Origin: Gemmata obscuriglobus
GTDB lineage: Bacteria; Planctomycetota; Planctomycetia; Gemmatales; Gemmataceae
Assembly: GCF_008065095.1 (NCBI RefSeq)
Contig: NZ_CP042911.1
Span: 3,390,001-3,422,000, forward strand
Length of the DNA stretch: 32,000 bases
Reading direction: 5' to 3'
This document shows, one piece after another, positions 1 to 8,157 of the stretch (positions are counted from its first letter, which is position 1; each line of letters opens with the position of its first letter). Under the pieces are notes generated by a model. It was given only the letters and a program-made list of their open reading frames with translations. It was not told the DNA's origin and did not search any database. The position numbers and the translations under genes were made by a program.

Positions 1-96
1 TGCGGCTTCGGCCTCGGCGATCGCGCGGCTGATGACAGCGGCTTCGTTGAACGCCGGGATCACCAGACTCAACCCGGTGCGCGTGAACGTGCCCAT
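1..96 (-). CDS. glycosyltransferase family 2 protein, first 32 codons only (gene runs off the left edge)
   Basis: Reverse-strand ATG at 96..94, preceded by AGGGGG. It translates MGTFTRTGLSLVIPAFNEAAVISRAIAEAEAA. A hydrophobic stretch followed by VIPAxNE is the usual GT2 N-terminus. The fragment is too short for more. Confidence 0.4.
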   Translation of the reverse strand, partial: MGTFTRTGLSLVIPAFNEAAVISRAIAEAEAA

Positions 97-181
97 CGCG
101 GCCCCCTGGAAAACAGCACGGCGGACGGGGAATAGCGAGACGGCGAAGCGGCGTAAAGGGCACCCGCCATCGAAATAGCAC

Positions 182-212
182 TTGCCAAATACGGTAACCA
201 GGGTAGAAATAG
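182..212 (+). promoter_or_regulatory. candidate sigma70-type promoter / Rrf2 operator region upstream of iscR
   Basis: TTGCCA (182-187), 16 nt, TAGAAA (204-209), about 50 nt upstream of the iscR GTG. Flanked by GAAATAG direct repeats (172-178, 206-212) and an AGCACTT/AAGTGCT inverted repeat (177-183 / 221-227). Motif-based only. Confidence 0.3.
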
Positions 213-259
213 ATCAGGTGAAGTGCTGATTCACGACCTGACCACTTCGAGGGCGAGCC

Positions 260-769
260 GTGACGCTGCTGAGCCGCAAGGCGGACTATGCCCTCCTGAT
301 TCTCTCGTACCTGTACCAGAACAAGAGCGGTGGGACCGCTCGCGCGATCGCCGAGCAGTTCGGGCTGAGCCGGTCGTTCGTGGCGAACATCCTGAAAGAG
401 CTGTGCCAGAGCGGGTTCGTCGCCAGCCACCGCGGCGTGAAGGGCGGGTACGCCCTCTCCCGCGACGCCGCCGGCGTGAGCCTTGCGGAGCTGCTCGAAA
501 CCGTGGAAGACGGGTTCCGGCTCACGGTATGCAACACCGTCCACGCGGACGGGGCCGAACCGTGCTCGCACTCGTCAACGTGTACCGTAAAAGGGCCGAT
601 GGCCGGGGTGTACCAGCGGCTCATGGGCGTGCTCCGCGACGTGACGCTCGCGGAACTCTTCGACCCACAGAGCCCCCCGCCCGCCCTCCACGCGCTCCCG
701 CTATTGGCGGGCAGTTGCTCGCCGACGTCCCCGGTCGAACCGTTCCCGGCGCAGGCGGTCGGCACCTGA
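260..769 (+). CDS. iscR: Rrf2-family transcriptional regulator, IscR-like
   Basis: 169 aa, GTG start. Has an Rrf2 winged-helix N-terminus ([32 protein letters not shown]) and three clustered Cys ([18 protein letters not shown]) suited to Fe-S ligation. Lies immediately upstream of iscSUA. Confidence 0.85.
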   Translation: MTLLSRKADYALLILSYLYQNKSGGTARAIAEQFGLSRSFVANILKELCQSGFVASHRGVKGGYALSRDAAGVSLAELLETVEDGFRLTVCNTVHADGAEPCSHSSTCTVKGPMAGVYQRLMGVLRDVTLAELFDPQSPPPALHALPLLAGSCSPTSPVEPFPAQAVGT

Positions 770-795
770 CAGAACACCCCCAACGCGGAACCGCT

Positions 796-2013
796 ATGTC
801 GAAGATGCCGGTTTACATGGACAACAACGCCACCACCCGCACCGACCCGCGGGTGGTGGACGCGATGCTCCCCTACTTCACCGAGAAGTACGGCAACGCG
901 GCCAGCCGCAACCACCCGTTCGGGTGGCACGCCGAGGAGGCCGTGGAGACGGCCCGCGGGCAGATCGCCGCGATCATCGGCGCCAGCGCGAAGGAGATCA
1001 TCTTCACGAGCGGCGCGACCGAGAGCAACAACCTTGCGATCAAGGGCGTTGCCGCGATGTACAAGAAAAAAGGCAACCACATCGTCACCCAGGCGACCGA
1101 GCACAAGGCCGTGCTCGACACCTGCAAGCGTCTGGAGCGCGACGGGTTCCAGGTCACGTACCTGCCCGTGGATAAGTACGGCCAGGTCCACGCCGAGCAG
1201 GTGCGGGAGGCGCTGACCGAGAAGACCGTGCTCGTCTCGATCATGGCCGCCAACAACGAGATCGGCAGCCTGTTACCGATCAAGGACATCGGGCGGTTGT
1301 GTAAAGAAAAGGGTGTGCTGTTCCACACCGACGCCGTCCAGGCCGTTGGCAAGGTCCCGCTCGACGTCGAGGCGATGGGCATCGACCTGCTGAGCCTCAC
1401 CGCCCACAAGATCTACGGCCCGAAGGGCATCGGGGCGCTCTACGTCCGCAAGAAGGACCCGCGGGTGCGGCTGGAGCCGCAAATCGACGGCGGCGGGCAC
1501 GAGCGCGGGATGCGGTCCGGGACGCTGCCGGTGCCCCTGATCGTGGGGCTGGGGACCGCGTGCGACATCGCCAAGAACGAGATGGGCGAAGAGGTCGCGC
1601 GGACGTTCGCCCTCCGCGAGCGGCTGCGGAACGGCATCATGTCGAAGCTGCCCGAGAGCTACCTGAACGGGCACCCGACCGAGCGGCTGCCGGGCAACGC
1701 CAACATCAGCTTCGCCTATGTGGAAGGCGAGGGCCTGATGATGGGCATCAAGGACGTGGCGGTGTCGAGCGGGTCGGCCTGCACGAGCGCGAGCCTGGAA
1801 CCGAGTTACGTGCTGCGGGCGCTGGGCGTGGGCGACGAACTGGCGCACTCCAGCATCCGGTTCGGCATCGGCCGCTTCAACACCGAGGCCGAGGTGGACT
1901 TCGTCGTCGAACTGGTCACGCGCGAGGTCACGCGGCTCCGCGAAATGTCCCCACTGTACGAGATGGTGCAGGCCGGGATCGACCTCAAGTCGATCGAGTG
2001 GGCTGGGCACTGA
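796..2013 (+). CDS. iscS: cysteine desulfurase IscS (class I, PLP-dependent)
   Basis: In-frame ATG at 796 inside track ORF 223..2013. The upstream part of that ORF overlaps iscR and is Arg/Pro-rich. N-terminus [17 protein letters not shown]-lysine context [12 protein letters not shown], active-site loop [17 protein letters not shown]. Confidence 0.95.
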   Translation: MSKMPVYMDNNATTRTDPRVVDAMLPYFTEKYGNAASRNHPFGWHAEEAVETARGQIAAIIGASAKEIIFTSGATESNNLAIKGVAAMYKKKGNHIVTQATEHKAVLDTCKRLERDGFQVTYLPVDKYGQVHAEQVREALTEKTVLVSIMAANNEIGSLLPIKDIGRLCKEKGVLFHTDAVQAVGKVPLDVEAMGIDLLSLTAHKIYGPKGIGALYVRKKDPRVRLEPQIDGGGHERGMRSGTLPVPLIVGLGTACDIAKNEMGEEVARTFALRERLRNGIMSKLPESYLNGHPTERLPGNANISFAYVEGEGLMMGIKDVAVSSGSACTSASLEPSYVLRALGVGDELAHSSIRFGIGRFNTEAEVDFVVELVTREVTRLREMSPLYEMVQAGIDLKSIEWAGH

Positions 2014-2078
2014 GTGATCCGATCTGCCGACCTGAATCTTCGCGGCCGGGCGCCGCATCGAACTTATAGGAGTGCGAC

Positions 2079-2513
2079 ATGCCGTACAGCGAAAAGGTTC
2101 TCGAGCATTACAACAACCCGCGCAACGTCGGCAGCTTCGACATGAAGGACCCGACGGTCGGCACCGGGCTCGTCGGCGCCCCCGAGTGCGGCGACGTGAT
2201 GCGGCTCCAGATCAAGGTGAACCCGGCCACCGGGGTGATCGAGGACGCGAAGTTCAAGACCTTCGGGTGCGGCTCGGCGATCGCGTCGAGCAGCCTCGCG
2301 ACCGAGTGGCTCAAGGGCAAAACGGTCGACCAGGCGCTGGCGATCAAGAACACCGAGATCGTCGAAGAACTCGCGCTCCCGCCGGTCAAGGTTCACTGCT
2401 CGGTGCTCGCGGAAGACGCGATCAAGGCCGCGCTGAAGAACTACCAAGAGAAACAAGACGCCGACGTTGCCGCGACCGAACACGCGGAGCAGCCCGAGCC
2501 GGCCGGGGTGTAA
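2079..2513 (+). CDS. iscU: Fe-S cluster assembly scaffold IscU
   Basis: 144 aa. MPYSEKVLEHYNNPRNVGSF N-terminus and the three ligand-Cys contexts GAPECGDVM, FGCGSAIASSS and LPPVKVHCSVLA. Short acidic C-terminal tail. Confidence 0.95.
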   Translation: MPYSEKVLEHYNNPRNVGSFDMKDPTVGTGLVGAPECGDVMRLQIKVNPATGVIEDAKFKTFGCGSAIASSSLATEWLKGKTVDQALAIKNTEIVEELALPPVKVHCSVLAEDAIKAALKNYQEKQDADVAATEHAEQPEPAGV

Positions 2514-2583
2514 CGTGACCCGCCGGTGAGCGTATACTGCATTCAGCCGAACGACTCGCACCCTTAAACGAAAGGCTACCGCA

Positions 2584-3006
2584 ATGTCCACCGCCACCGC
2601 CACGGCTCCCGAAACGCAACAACTCGGCCTCGCGGGCAACGCCCCGGCCGGCCCGCCCCCGATCATCGTGACCGAGAAGGCCGCCGCTGAGGTGAAGCGG
2701 CACATCGCCAGCATGATCGAGAGCAAGGAGATGGAACCAGACGGCAAGCTGTACCTCCGCGTCCGGGTTCAGGGCGGCGGGTGCAGCGGGTTCCAGAACA
2801 AGCTCGACCTCGACGCCAAGTACGACGAGAAGACGGACCACAAGTTCGACTTCCACGGCGTCGAGGTGGTCGTGGACAAGCGCTCCATGCTGTACCTGTC
2901 CGGCGCCACGGTCGATTTCCACGACGACCTGAACAAGCGTGGGTTCACGATCAACAACCCGCAGGCCAAGAGCACCTGCGGCTGTGGCAGCTCGTACACC
3001 ATGTAA
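2584..3006 (+). CDS. iscA: HesB/IscA-family Fe-S cluster insertion protein
   Basis: 140 aa. GGGCSGF motif and C-terminal CGCGSSY motif characteristic of A-type carriers. About 30 aa N-terminal extension. Confidence 0.85.
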   Translation: MSTATATAPETQQLGLAGNAPAGPPPIIVTEKAAAEVKRHIASMIESKEMEPDGKLYLRVRVQGGGCSGFQNKLDLDAKYDEKTDHKFDFHGVEVVVDKRSMLYLSGATVDFHDDLNKRGFTINNPQAKSTCGCGSSYTM

Positions 3007-3103
3007 GCTGGCACATGCTGCGTTTGTGTTGGTTCCCGGCGGGCGGCCAGTGGGCCGTTCGCCGCACCGTACGTGCGCGGCATCGGGCCGGCCTCTGAAC
3101 ACC

Positions 3104-3631
3104 ATGACCGACTACTTTCACCGCCTCGGCCTTCCGAGGCGGTTCGCCGTTGATGCCGCGGATCTTGAACGAGCGTATCTCGCGCGGTCGCGTGCCGTTC
3201 ACCCGGACTACCACCTCGCCGGCTCGTCCGCCGACCTGAATGCGAGCCTGGATCTGTCGGCCGCACTCAACGAGGCTTACAATAACCTCCGCGACCCGTT
3301 CCTGCGGGCTGAGCATTTGCTCGGCCTGATGGGCGGGCCGAGTGCGGCCGAGCAGAAGCAAATGCCGCCGGCCTTCCTGGCTGAGATGCTCGATGCCCGT
3401 GAGGAACTGGAGGCCGCGAGAGGTTCACCGACCAAGACCGAGCAACTCGAACAGGCGTTCGGCAGCCGCCTCGCCGGTGTACTTGATGATGTTGCGGCGG
3501 CGTTCGGTCGTTTGGAACCGGTTGCGGCAGATTCACCCGAACGCGTGAACCTTTTGGCCCGGATTCGTGGTCTATTGAACGCGGCCCGCTACATCCGTGG
3601 TCTCATTCGCGATCTCAATGCCGAGCAGTAA
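3104..3631 (+). CDS. hscB: Fe-S co-chaperone HscB (J-domain)
   Basis: ATG at 3104 in frame inside track ORF 2939..3631. MTDYFHRLGLPRRFAVD start, HPD tripeptide (AVHPDYH), LRDPFLRAEHLL helix and a C-terminal helical domain, all collinear with HscB. Confidence 0.8.
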   Translation: MTDYFHRLGLPRRFAVDAADLERAYLARSRAVHPDYHLAGSSADLNASLDLSAALNEAYNNLRDPFLRAEHLLGLMGGPSAAEQKQMPPAFLAEMLDAREELEAARGSPTKTEQLEQAFGSRLAGVLDDVAAAFGRLEPVAADSPERVNLLARIRGLLNAARYIRGLIRDLNAEQ

Positions 3632-3642
3632 AGGAGCGGCCC

Positions 3643-3945
3643 GTGTACGATCCGGCACAGATGAAAAAGCTGAAGACGATGCGGGAACTCGCGCCGGAGG
3701 GGATGGCGGCGTTCGATGCACTCAACGCGGCGGTGTTCAAGGACGGGGCGTTGTCGCTCAAAGTGAAAGAACTCATCGCAGTCGCAGTGGCCGTGACGAC
3801 GCAATGTCCGTATTGCATCGACGCACACGTTAAGAAGGCAAAAGCCGCGGGTGCGACGGATGCCGAACTGACGGAGGCGACTCTCGTCGCCGCGGCATTG
3901 CGGGCGGGCGGGGCGGTGACACACGGCACCCACGCCATAAGTTGA
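3643..3945 (+). CDS. carboxymuconolactone decarboxylase / AhpD-like family protein
   Basis: 100 aa. CPYCIDAH (CxxC-x2-H) core in the context VAVAVTTQCPYCIDAHV, typical of the AhpD-core CMD family. Starts 12 nt after hscB. Confidence 0.8.
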   Translation: MYDPAQMKKLKTMRELAPEGMAAFDALNAAVFKDGALSLKVKELIAVAVAVTTQCPYCIDAHVKKAKAAGATDAELTEATLVAAALRAGGAVTHGTHAIS

Positions 3946-3954
3946 CAGAGACCA

Positions 3955-4027
3955 GGGCGTTTAACTCAGCGGTTAGAGTGCCTCCCTTACAAGGAGGAAG
4001 TCGGGGGTTCGAGTCCCTCAACGCCCA
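3955..4027 (+). tRNA. tRNA-Val (anticodon UAC)
   Basis: 73 nt cloverleaf folded by hand. Acceptor GGGCGTT/AACGCCC, D-arm ACTC-AGCGGTTA-GAGT, anticodon stem CCTCC/GGAGG with loop CTTACAA, T-arm GGGGG-TTCGAGT-CCCTC, discriminator A. No encoded CCA. Confidence 0.9.
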
Positions 4028-4540
4028 CTGACAGAAGTCCGATCGACTCAGGCCTTCGCGACAATCTCACGATAGAGGGCTATCGTGTCTCGTGCCAAAT
4101 CCGCATCCCAATTTACCGCCACCAAAAAACGCAACGACGGCGCCCGATGCTGAGTGGGCGGCTGTATCACCTTGAGCGAGTGCCCTTCCTTCGCGCTGCA
4201 TACGGATTTCCGGCCCACTTGGTTGCCTTGGGCGGCTCCGCAAACGAGGAAGATGCGGGTGAGGAAGGAGCCGTAGAAACTGGCGGAGCGGTTACTTCGG
4301 GCTCTGGGCCAGGACTAGTGTTCGACATTGAACACTTCGGATCAAATCTGAGTGAACGGTTATTCCACTCGCCTCGAAGGCATCGGCGCGGCCCCGGGAG
4401 TTCATCCCCATTGGCGCAGAGCTTTGCGAACCAAGCGCCGCTCTCCAAATTTGGCGAGGTGCCGGCGCAGGTCGTTGAGCAAACGAGCCGGTTCGGAGCT
4501 TGGCGCATCAGTTGCGAGCTGGTCTAATCACATTCGAGCC

Positions 4541-4640
4541 GTCGAAATAGGGCACCGAGTTGAGCCCCAAGCACGAGGGGCGAAATGGTCCTGTGTTATT
4601 GGGCTTGGGCAAAGTCTCGCACACCAAACACGGGTTCGGC
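4541..4640 (+). repeat. degenerate attC-like site (R0) at the tRNA-proximal end of the array
   Basis: Ends in a perfect GTTCGGC (4634-4640), followed 16 nt later by an ORF start, as in the other units. The 5' end GTCGAAA matches only 5 of 7, an inner GGGCACC is shared with R5, and there is a GCCCCAAGC/GCTTGGGC stem. Otherwise diverged. Confidence 0.3.
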
Positions 4641-4656
4641 AACACGAGGTGCAGCG

Positions 4657-5010
4657 ATGGCAAAGCACGTTGGTGCGGGCTTCTTGGTCGCGCGCCTGCT
4701 CGTCGCCACCTTGGGGGCTGCGACGAGCGGGTGGACCCTCGTCGTAGCCTTCGCCTTCGCAAGCATGACGGGCGTGTCCCCGAGCGGCAGCCCGCAGTGG
4801 TGGGCCGCCGCGCTTGGTAGGCTCTTCCTGTCATCGTCCGAGTCAGTGATCGCGTGGCTGTTGTCGGCCCTGCTGCTCGCGTGCGCCGGTATCGGTGCCC
4901 GTGACCTCGTGGTACTCCTGTACCGCCTCGGCTCCGGCCTCGCAAACGCCATTGCCCGCTCCCCACGAGCCCCCGGCCCGATACCGCCCATGAACGGGGC
5001 GGGCGGTTAA
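4657..5010 (+). CDS. cassette ORF 0: small hydrophobic membrane protein (117 aa)
   Basis: ATG at 4657 with GAGG 8-11 nt upstream. It is in frame within track ORF 4585..5010. About three predicted TM stretches (FLVARLLVATLGAA, WTLVVAFAFASM, VIAWLLSALLLACAGIG). I recognise no family. Confidence 0.5.
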   Translation: MAKHVGAGFLVARLLVATLGAATSGWTLVVAFAFASMTGVSPSGSPQWWAAALGRLFLSSSESVIAWLLSALLLACAGIGARDLVVLLYRLGSGLANAIARSPRAPGPIPPMNGAGG

Positions 5011-5036
5011 CGTGGCCGGTACCATGTATCGGGTCG

Positions 5037-5128
5037 GCCGAACACGGCGCTGCACCTGACACCGCCATCGGCATTGTGACGCACCGCTCACCTGGATCCT
5101 GGCGGTGCAAGTGAGCTTTATGTTCGGC
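5037..5128 (+). repeat. attC-like site R1
   Basis: 92 bp. GCCGAAC...GTTCGGC terminal inverted boxes, inner pairings GCT/AGC, CACCTG/CAAGTG and ACCGCC/GGCGGT with bulged bases. Matches R2 at 90 of 92 positions. Confidence 0.7.
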
Positions 5129-5129
5129 G

Positions 5130-5456
5130 TTGAAGCCCCGAGCCAAAACTACCCGTGCCCATGAAGTTCTCCGCTGCGACACAAGAGAGAACCACATGGA
5201 CCGACGGTGCAACCACAGCCACTACTGGACGACGTCGCCCGTGTCGGACCGCAAGGCGGGCTCCACAACCTTGCATCTCCACGGCAAGTTTGAGATCACC
5301 GAACAGGCGACACAGGCGACCGTTGTCGCTGAGGTGATCTACTGGGATGCGGCTCCGGGTTACTTTTTGCAGACATTCGGAAGTGAGGTACCCGTTGACG
5401 TCATTGAGGAATTGATCGCCGAAGCCAAAGAAAAGATTGTAAGCGTTCACAGTTGA
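5130..5456 (+). CDS. cassette ORF 1: hypothetical protein, 3' end disrupted by the IS66 insertion
   Basis: TTG at 5130 or, more plausibly, ATG at 5196 (MDRRCNHSHYW...). The reading frame enters the IS at 5439 and ends VSVHS*. Joining 5438 to 7044 restores ...EAKEKIRYF* with the stop at 7053-7055. Confidence 0.5.
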   Translation: MKPRAKTTRAHEVLRCDTRENHMDRRCNHSHYWTTSPVSDRKAGSTTLHLHGKFEITEQATQATVVAEVIYWDAAPGYFLQTFGSEVPVDVIEELIAEAKEKIVSVHS

Positions 5457-7035
5457 TGCGGGTGTATCTCAACAGCCAGCGAAAGTTGGGTTCATCATCG
5501 GTGGTTGTTGAGCCGGGACCGGGATCAGTGTTGGTGGCTTTGCCCCGGTACGGTGTGCGGTGACGGCGTCGGTGAGGAATGCGAGCACGTTGCGGCCCTG
5601 CCGGCGACACGAGGCCAGGACCGTGAGGATCCGCTCCACGAACCGGCTACCGCGTTCGGAGTCGGTGCCGTAGCTGGTCTTGCGCCAGCACACGGCGTGA
5701 CGCAGGGCCCGCTCGGCCGCGTTGTTGGTCGGTTCCACCCCGCCCACGCGTGCGAACGTCCACAGGGCCGGCTCCACCGCCAACAGCTCGCGGCACACGG
5801 CCCCGGTCTTGGGGCACCCGCACCGGCCCCCGTGCCCCAGGTGCGTGCGGAACCGGGCCCGCACGGCGCGGGCGTACACGCGAGCGAACGTGGACCGGGC
5901 TAACGTCCCGTCCCGCACCCGGAACCAGTGCCCGAACAGTTCGTCGGAACAGGCCAACAGGGCGGCCCCGATCGGGGATCCGTCGTTGCCCCGATCGATC
6001 ATCGCCTGGAAGTCCCGCCGCAGGTGCGCCCAGCACACCTGGCGCCGATGCACCGGCAGATGCGTGTACACCGGATACCGATCGGTCGTGTGGACCTGGG
6101 CGGACCCGTCCCGCAGGTCGTCGAACGCGCTCCGGCCCCGGGTGGCGCGGATCAGGAATGCGACCACCGAGGTGCTCACCGCGACCCACAACCAGGCCCG
6201 CTGGCGCCCTTGCGTCCAGCCCGTTTCGTCCACGTTCGCCGGGTGCCCGCGGGTGTACGCGAGAGCCGCTTCGGCCACCGGGGCCAGAGCCGCCGCGGTC
6301 GTGTGCTGGAGTTTGCACACCGTGGCCGGACGGATGGGCAACCCGAACAGGTCGTCGAACAGTTGGCTCACCACCCGCTTGCCCAGGCGGCACGAACCGG
6401 TGAGCATGGCGGCCACCGCCTGGACCCGGGGACCGTACCCGGGAGCCGCGTCGGCGGGCACCGGTGCGGTCGTCACGGCGCCGCAGTGCGGGCACCGGAG
6501 CCGATGGCACCGATACTCGGTCACCTGCGGCCGGACGACCGGGATCTCATGCACCTGGTGAATCGACGGGTTCGGGTCGTCCCCGGTGAGTGGGCACGCA
6601 CACCCGCGGCAGGTGTCCGGTTTGAGGGTGTGGACCGTGTCGGGCGGCAGCACGGTGCGCTCGGCCTTGGGGTGCCCCGATTGACCGCCGCGCCGCTTCC
6701 CCGAGGGACTCTTGGGCGGGGCCGGCTTCACCTGCGGACCATCCGACGAGGGCGGTTTCGACGAGTTGCTGGAATTCTGGTTGAGCCGGGTCTGAAGGTC
6801 GGCCACCGTGACCTGGAGAGCCGCGACCGTGGCCTGCAACTGCGCAACCGTCGCTTCCAGCGCACGAATGTACGCCACCACCGCTGGCGGCAGGTCACTC
6901 GGTAGCTCCGGCGGTTGAGGAACAGATGTCATCGCGTCCGTTCGATTACGGAACACCGGCTCTTGAGGCAACCCCGCGCAGAATCGAGTCACAAAGGCCT
7001 GGAAAATGCACGGCCCGCACCCCGTGAACGGTTAC
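5439..7035 (-). mobile_element. IS66-family insertion sequence, single-ORF (ISBst12-like) type, apparently intact
   Basis: 1597 bp. Imperfect terminal inverted repeats GTAAGCGTTCACAG (from 5439) and GTAACCGTTCACGG (reverse complement from 7035). Flanked by a perfect 8-bp direct repeat AAAAGATT (5431-5438 and 7036-7043), the target-duplication length usual for IS66. Confidence 0.9.
5469..6992 (-). CDS. IS66-family transposase
   Basis: 507 aa; the likelier start is M21 at 6932 (MTSVPQPPEL). Has an N-terminal leucine-zipper-like LEATVAQLQATVAALQVTVADLQ, the SKPPSSD motif, a Cys-rich zinc-finger region (CRGC...CPHCG) and a DDE core with NVDETGW. No tnpA or tnpB-like ORFs are present. Confidence 0.9.
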   Translation of the reverse strand: MTRFCAGLPQEPVFRNRTDAMTSVPQPPELPSDLPPAVVAYIRALEATVAQLQATVAALQVTVADLQTRLNQNSSNSSKPPSSDGPQVKPAPPKSPSGKRRGGQSGHPKAERTVLPPDTVHTLKPDTCRGCACPLTGDDPNPSIHQVHEIPVVRPQVTEYRCHRLRCPHCGAVTTAPVPADAAPGYGPRVQAVAAMLTGSCRLGKRVVSQLFDDLFGLPIRPATVCKLQHTTAAALAPVAEAALAYTRGHPANVDETGWTQGRQRAWLWVAVSTSVVAFLIRATRGRSAFDDLRDGSAQVHTTDRYPVYTHLPVHRRQVCWAHLRRDFQAMIDRGNDGSPIGAALLACSDELFGHWFRVRDGTLARSTFARVYARAVRARFRTHLGHGGRCGCPKTGAVCRELLAVEPALWTFARVGGVEPTNNAAERALRHAVCWRKTSYGTDSERGSRFVERILTVLASCRRQGRNVLAFLTDAVTAHRTGAKPPTLIPVPAQQPPMMNPTFAGC

Positions 7036-7174
7036 AAAAGATTAGGTATTTCTAGGGCCGATTGGCGTAGCTTTGGGCTTATGTAGGCGGCTTGCGTCGC
7101 AAGCGTTATAACCTTCGCCTTTCATGGCTTGATGGATGATGTCTGCGATGTCGTAGAAACGCACATCAAGGCAA

Positions 7175-7266
7175 GCCGAACCCGGCGCTGCACCTGACAC
7201 CGCCATCGGCATTGTGACCCACCGCTCACCTGGATCCTGGCGGTGCAAGTGAGCTTTATGTTCGGC
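7175..7266 (+). repeat. attC-like site R2
   Basis: 92 bp, GCCGAAC...GTTCGGC, two mismatches to R1. Confidence 0.7.
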
Positions 7267-7283
7267 CACCGAAGGGCGGTTGC

Positions 7284-8030
7284 TTGTTTCACATCCTGAC
7301 AGCAACGGACGCCGACCAGCGGTTGGCAGAGCTGGAGCGGTTCATCCAGCACTGGTACGGCCCCCGCCGGCCGGAGTTTGGGGAACCCGACGCGCTCGCT
7401 GGCTACCCCGAACTGCCTGGCTCGCTCCGGCGGTTTTACTCGTTCGCTGGCCAATGGCCGTCCCCAAACCCAGACAGCGATGCCGAGTATTTCTACACCG
7501 GGGGGAGCGGACACCACCTGCTCCCACTCGCCCAGGCCAGCCCGACCGTGGACGGGCGGCTGCGGTTCTTCATGGAGTACCAGGGGGACTGGTACGGGGT
7601 GACGACGCCGGGCGAGCCGGACCCGCCGGTCTGGATCACCGGCCGGTGGGACGAGGAGGGCGCCCCGGAGGGGACCGAGGACGGCCCCGAGCCGCAGGCC
7701 AAAACGCGGCAGGTGTCCGCCGCGCTGTCCAGGTTCCTCGTCACCCACTGTCTGATGACGACGGTGTACGAGTGGGACAACTCCCCACATCCGCGGACGA
7801 GTTCGCATGCGGTCGATACCGCCCTGGCCGACTGGCTCCGGCGAGAGCGGGCGTCCGCCGAGGTCTTGTGGGCGGCCGAGCCGGGCGGGTGCCCGAACTA
7901 CGAGGGGTCGTTCCTCCTGCTACACGGGCGGGTTTTGGTCCACGACACGGGCTCGGGGTTCCTCAAGTTCGGGGCGCGGCACCCGGAAGGTATCGAGCTG
8001 CTCCGAGGCGTGATCGGTGACGCGGTCTAA
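7284..8030 (+). CDS. cassette ORF 2: hypothetical soluble protein (248 aa), largest cassette
   Basis: TTG start 17 nt after R2, stop 6 nt before R3. No TM segment or signal peptide. The N-terminal LAELERFIQHWYG...LPGSLRRFYSFAG loosely recalls SMI1/KNR4 (SUKH) proteins, but I cannot verify that. Confidence 0.55.
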   Translation: MFHILTATDADQRLAELERFIQHWYGPRRPEFGEPDALAGYPELPGSLRRFYSFAGQWPSPNPDSDAEYFYTGGSGHHLLPLAQASPTVDGRLRFFMEYQGDWYGVTTPGEPDPPVWITGRWDEEGAPEGTEDGPEPQAKTRQVSAALSRFLVTHCLMTTVYEWDNSPHPRTSSHAVDTALADWLRRERASAEVLWAAEPGGCPNYEGSFLLLHGRVLVHDTGSGFLKFGARHPEGIELLRGVIGDAV

Positions 8031-8036
8031 AGGCAC

Positions 8037-8129
8037 GCCGAACCCGGCGCTGCACCGGACCGCTGTAAAATACGTACTGTTGGGATCGTCTCGCTCATCG
8101 TCGCGGTGCCGGTGAGCTGTTCGTTCGGC
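8037..8129 (+). repeat. attC-like site R3
   Basis: 93 bp, GCCGAAC CCGGCGCTGCACC...GGTGCCGGTGAGCTGTTC GTTCGGC. The central part is diverged. Confidence 0.65.
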
Positions 8130-8157
8130 GGGGAAGCCCGAGCCAGCGGAGTCGCGG

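Noticed and set aside
223-795. N-terminal 191-codon extension of the iscS reading frame
   Set aside because: It overlaps the iscR gene in another frame and is Arg/Pro-rich. The IscS homology begins at the ATG at 796.
4051-4508. Possible decayed integrase next to the tRNA
   Set aside because: I translated all three - strand frames by hand. None shows the tyrosine-recombinase R..HxxR..Y pattern or any IntI-like segment. Only a start-less 88-codon fragment of unclear identity is present.
4508-5212. 234-aa - strand ORF, and the 87-aa - strand ORF at 7042..7305, which share an identical peptide (AEHKAHLHRQDPGER.VTMPMAVSGAAP)
   Set aside because: The shared peptide is simply the translation of the near-identical repeats R1 and R2. 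Both ORFs run through the repeats and are antisense to cassette ORFs.
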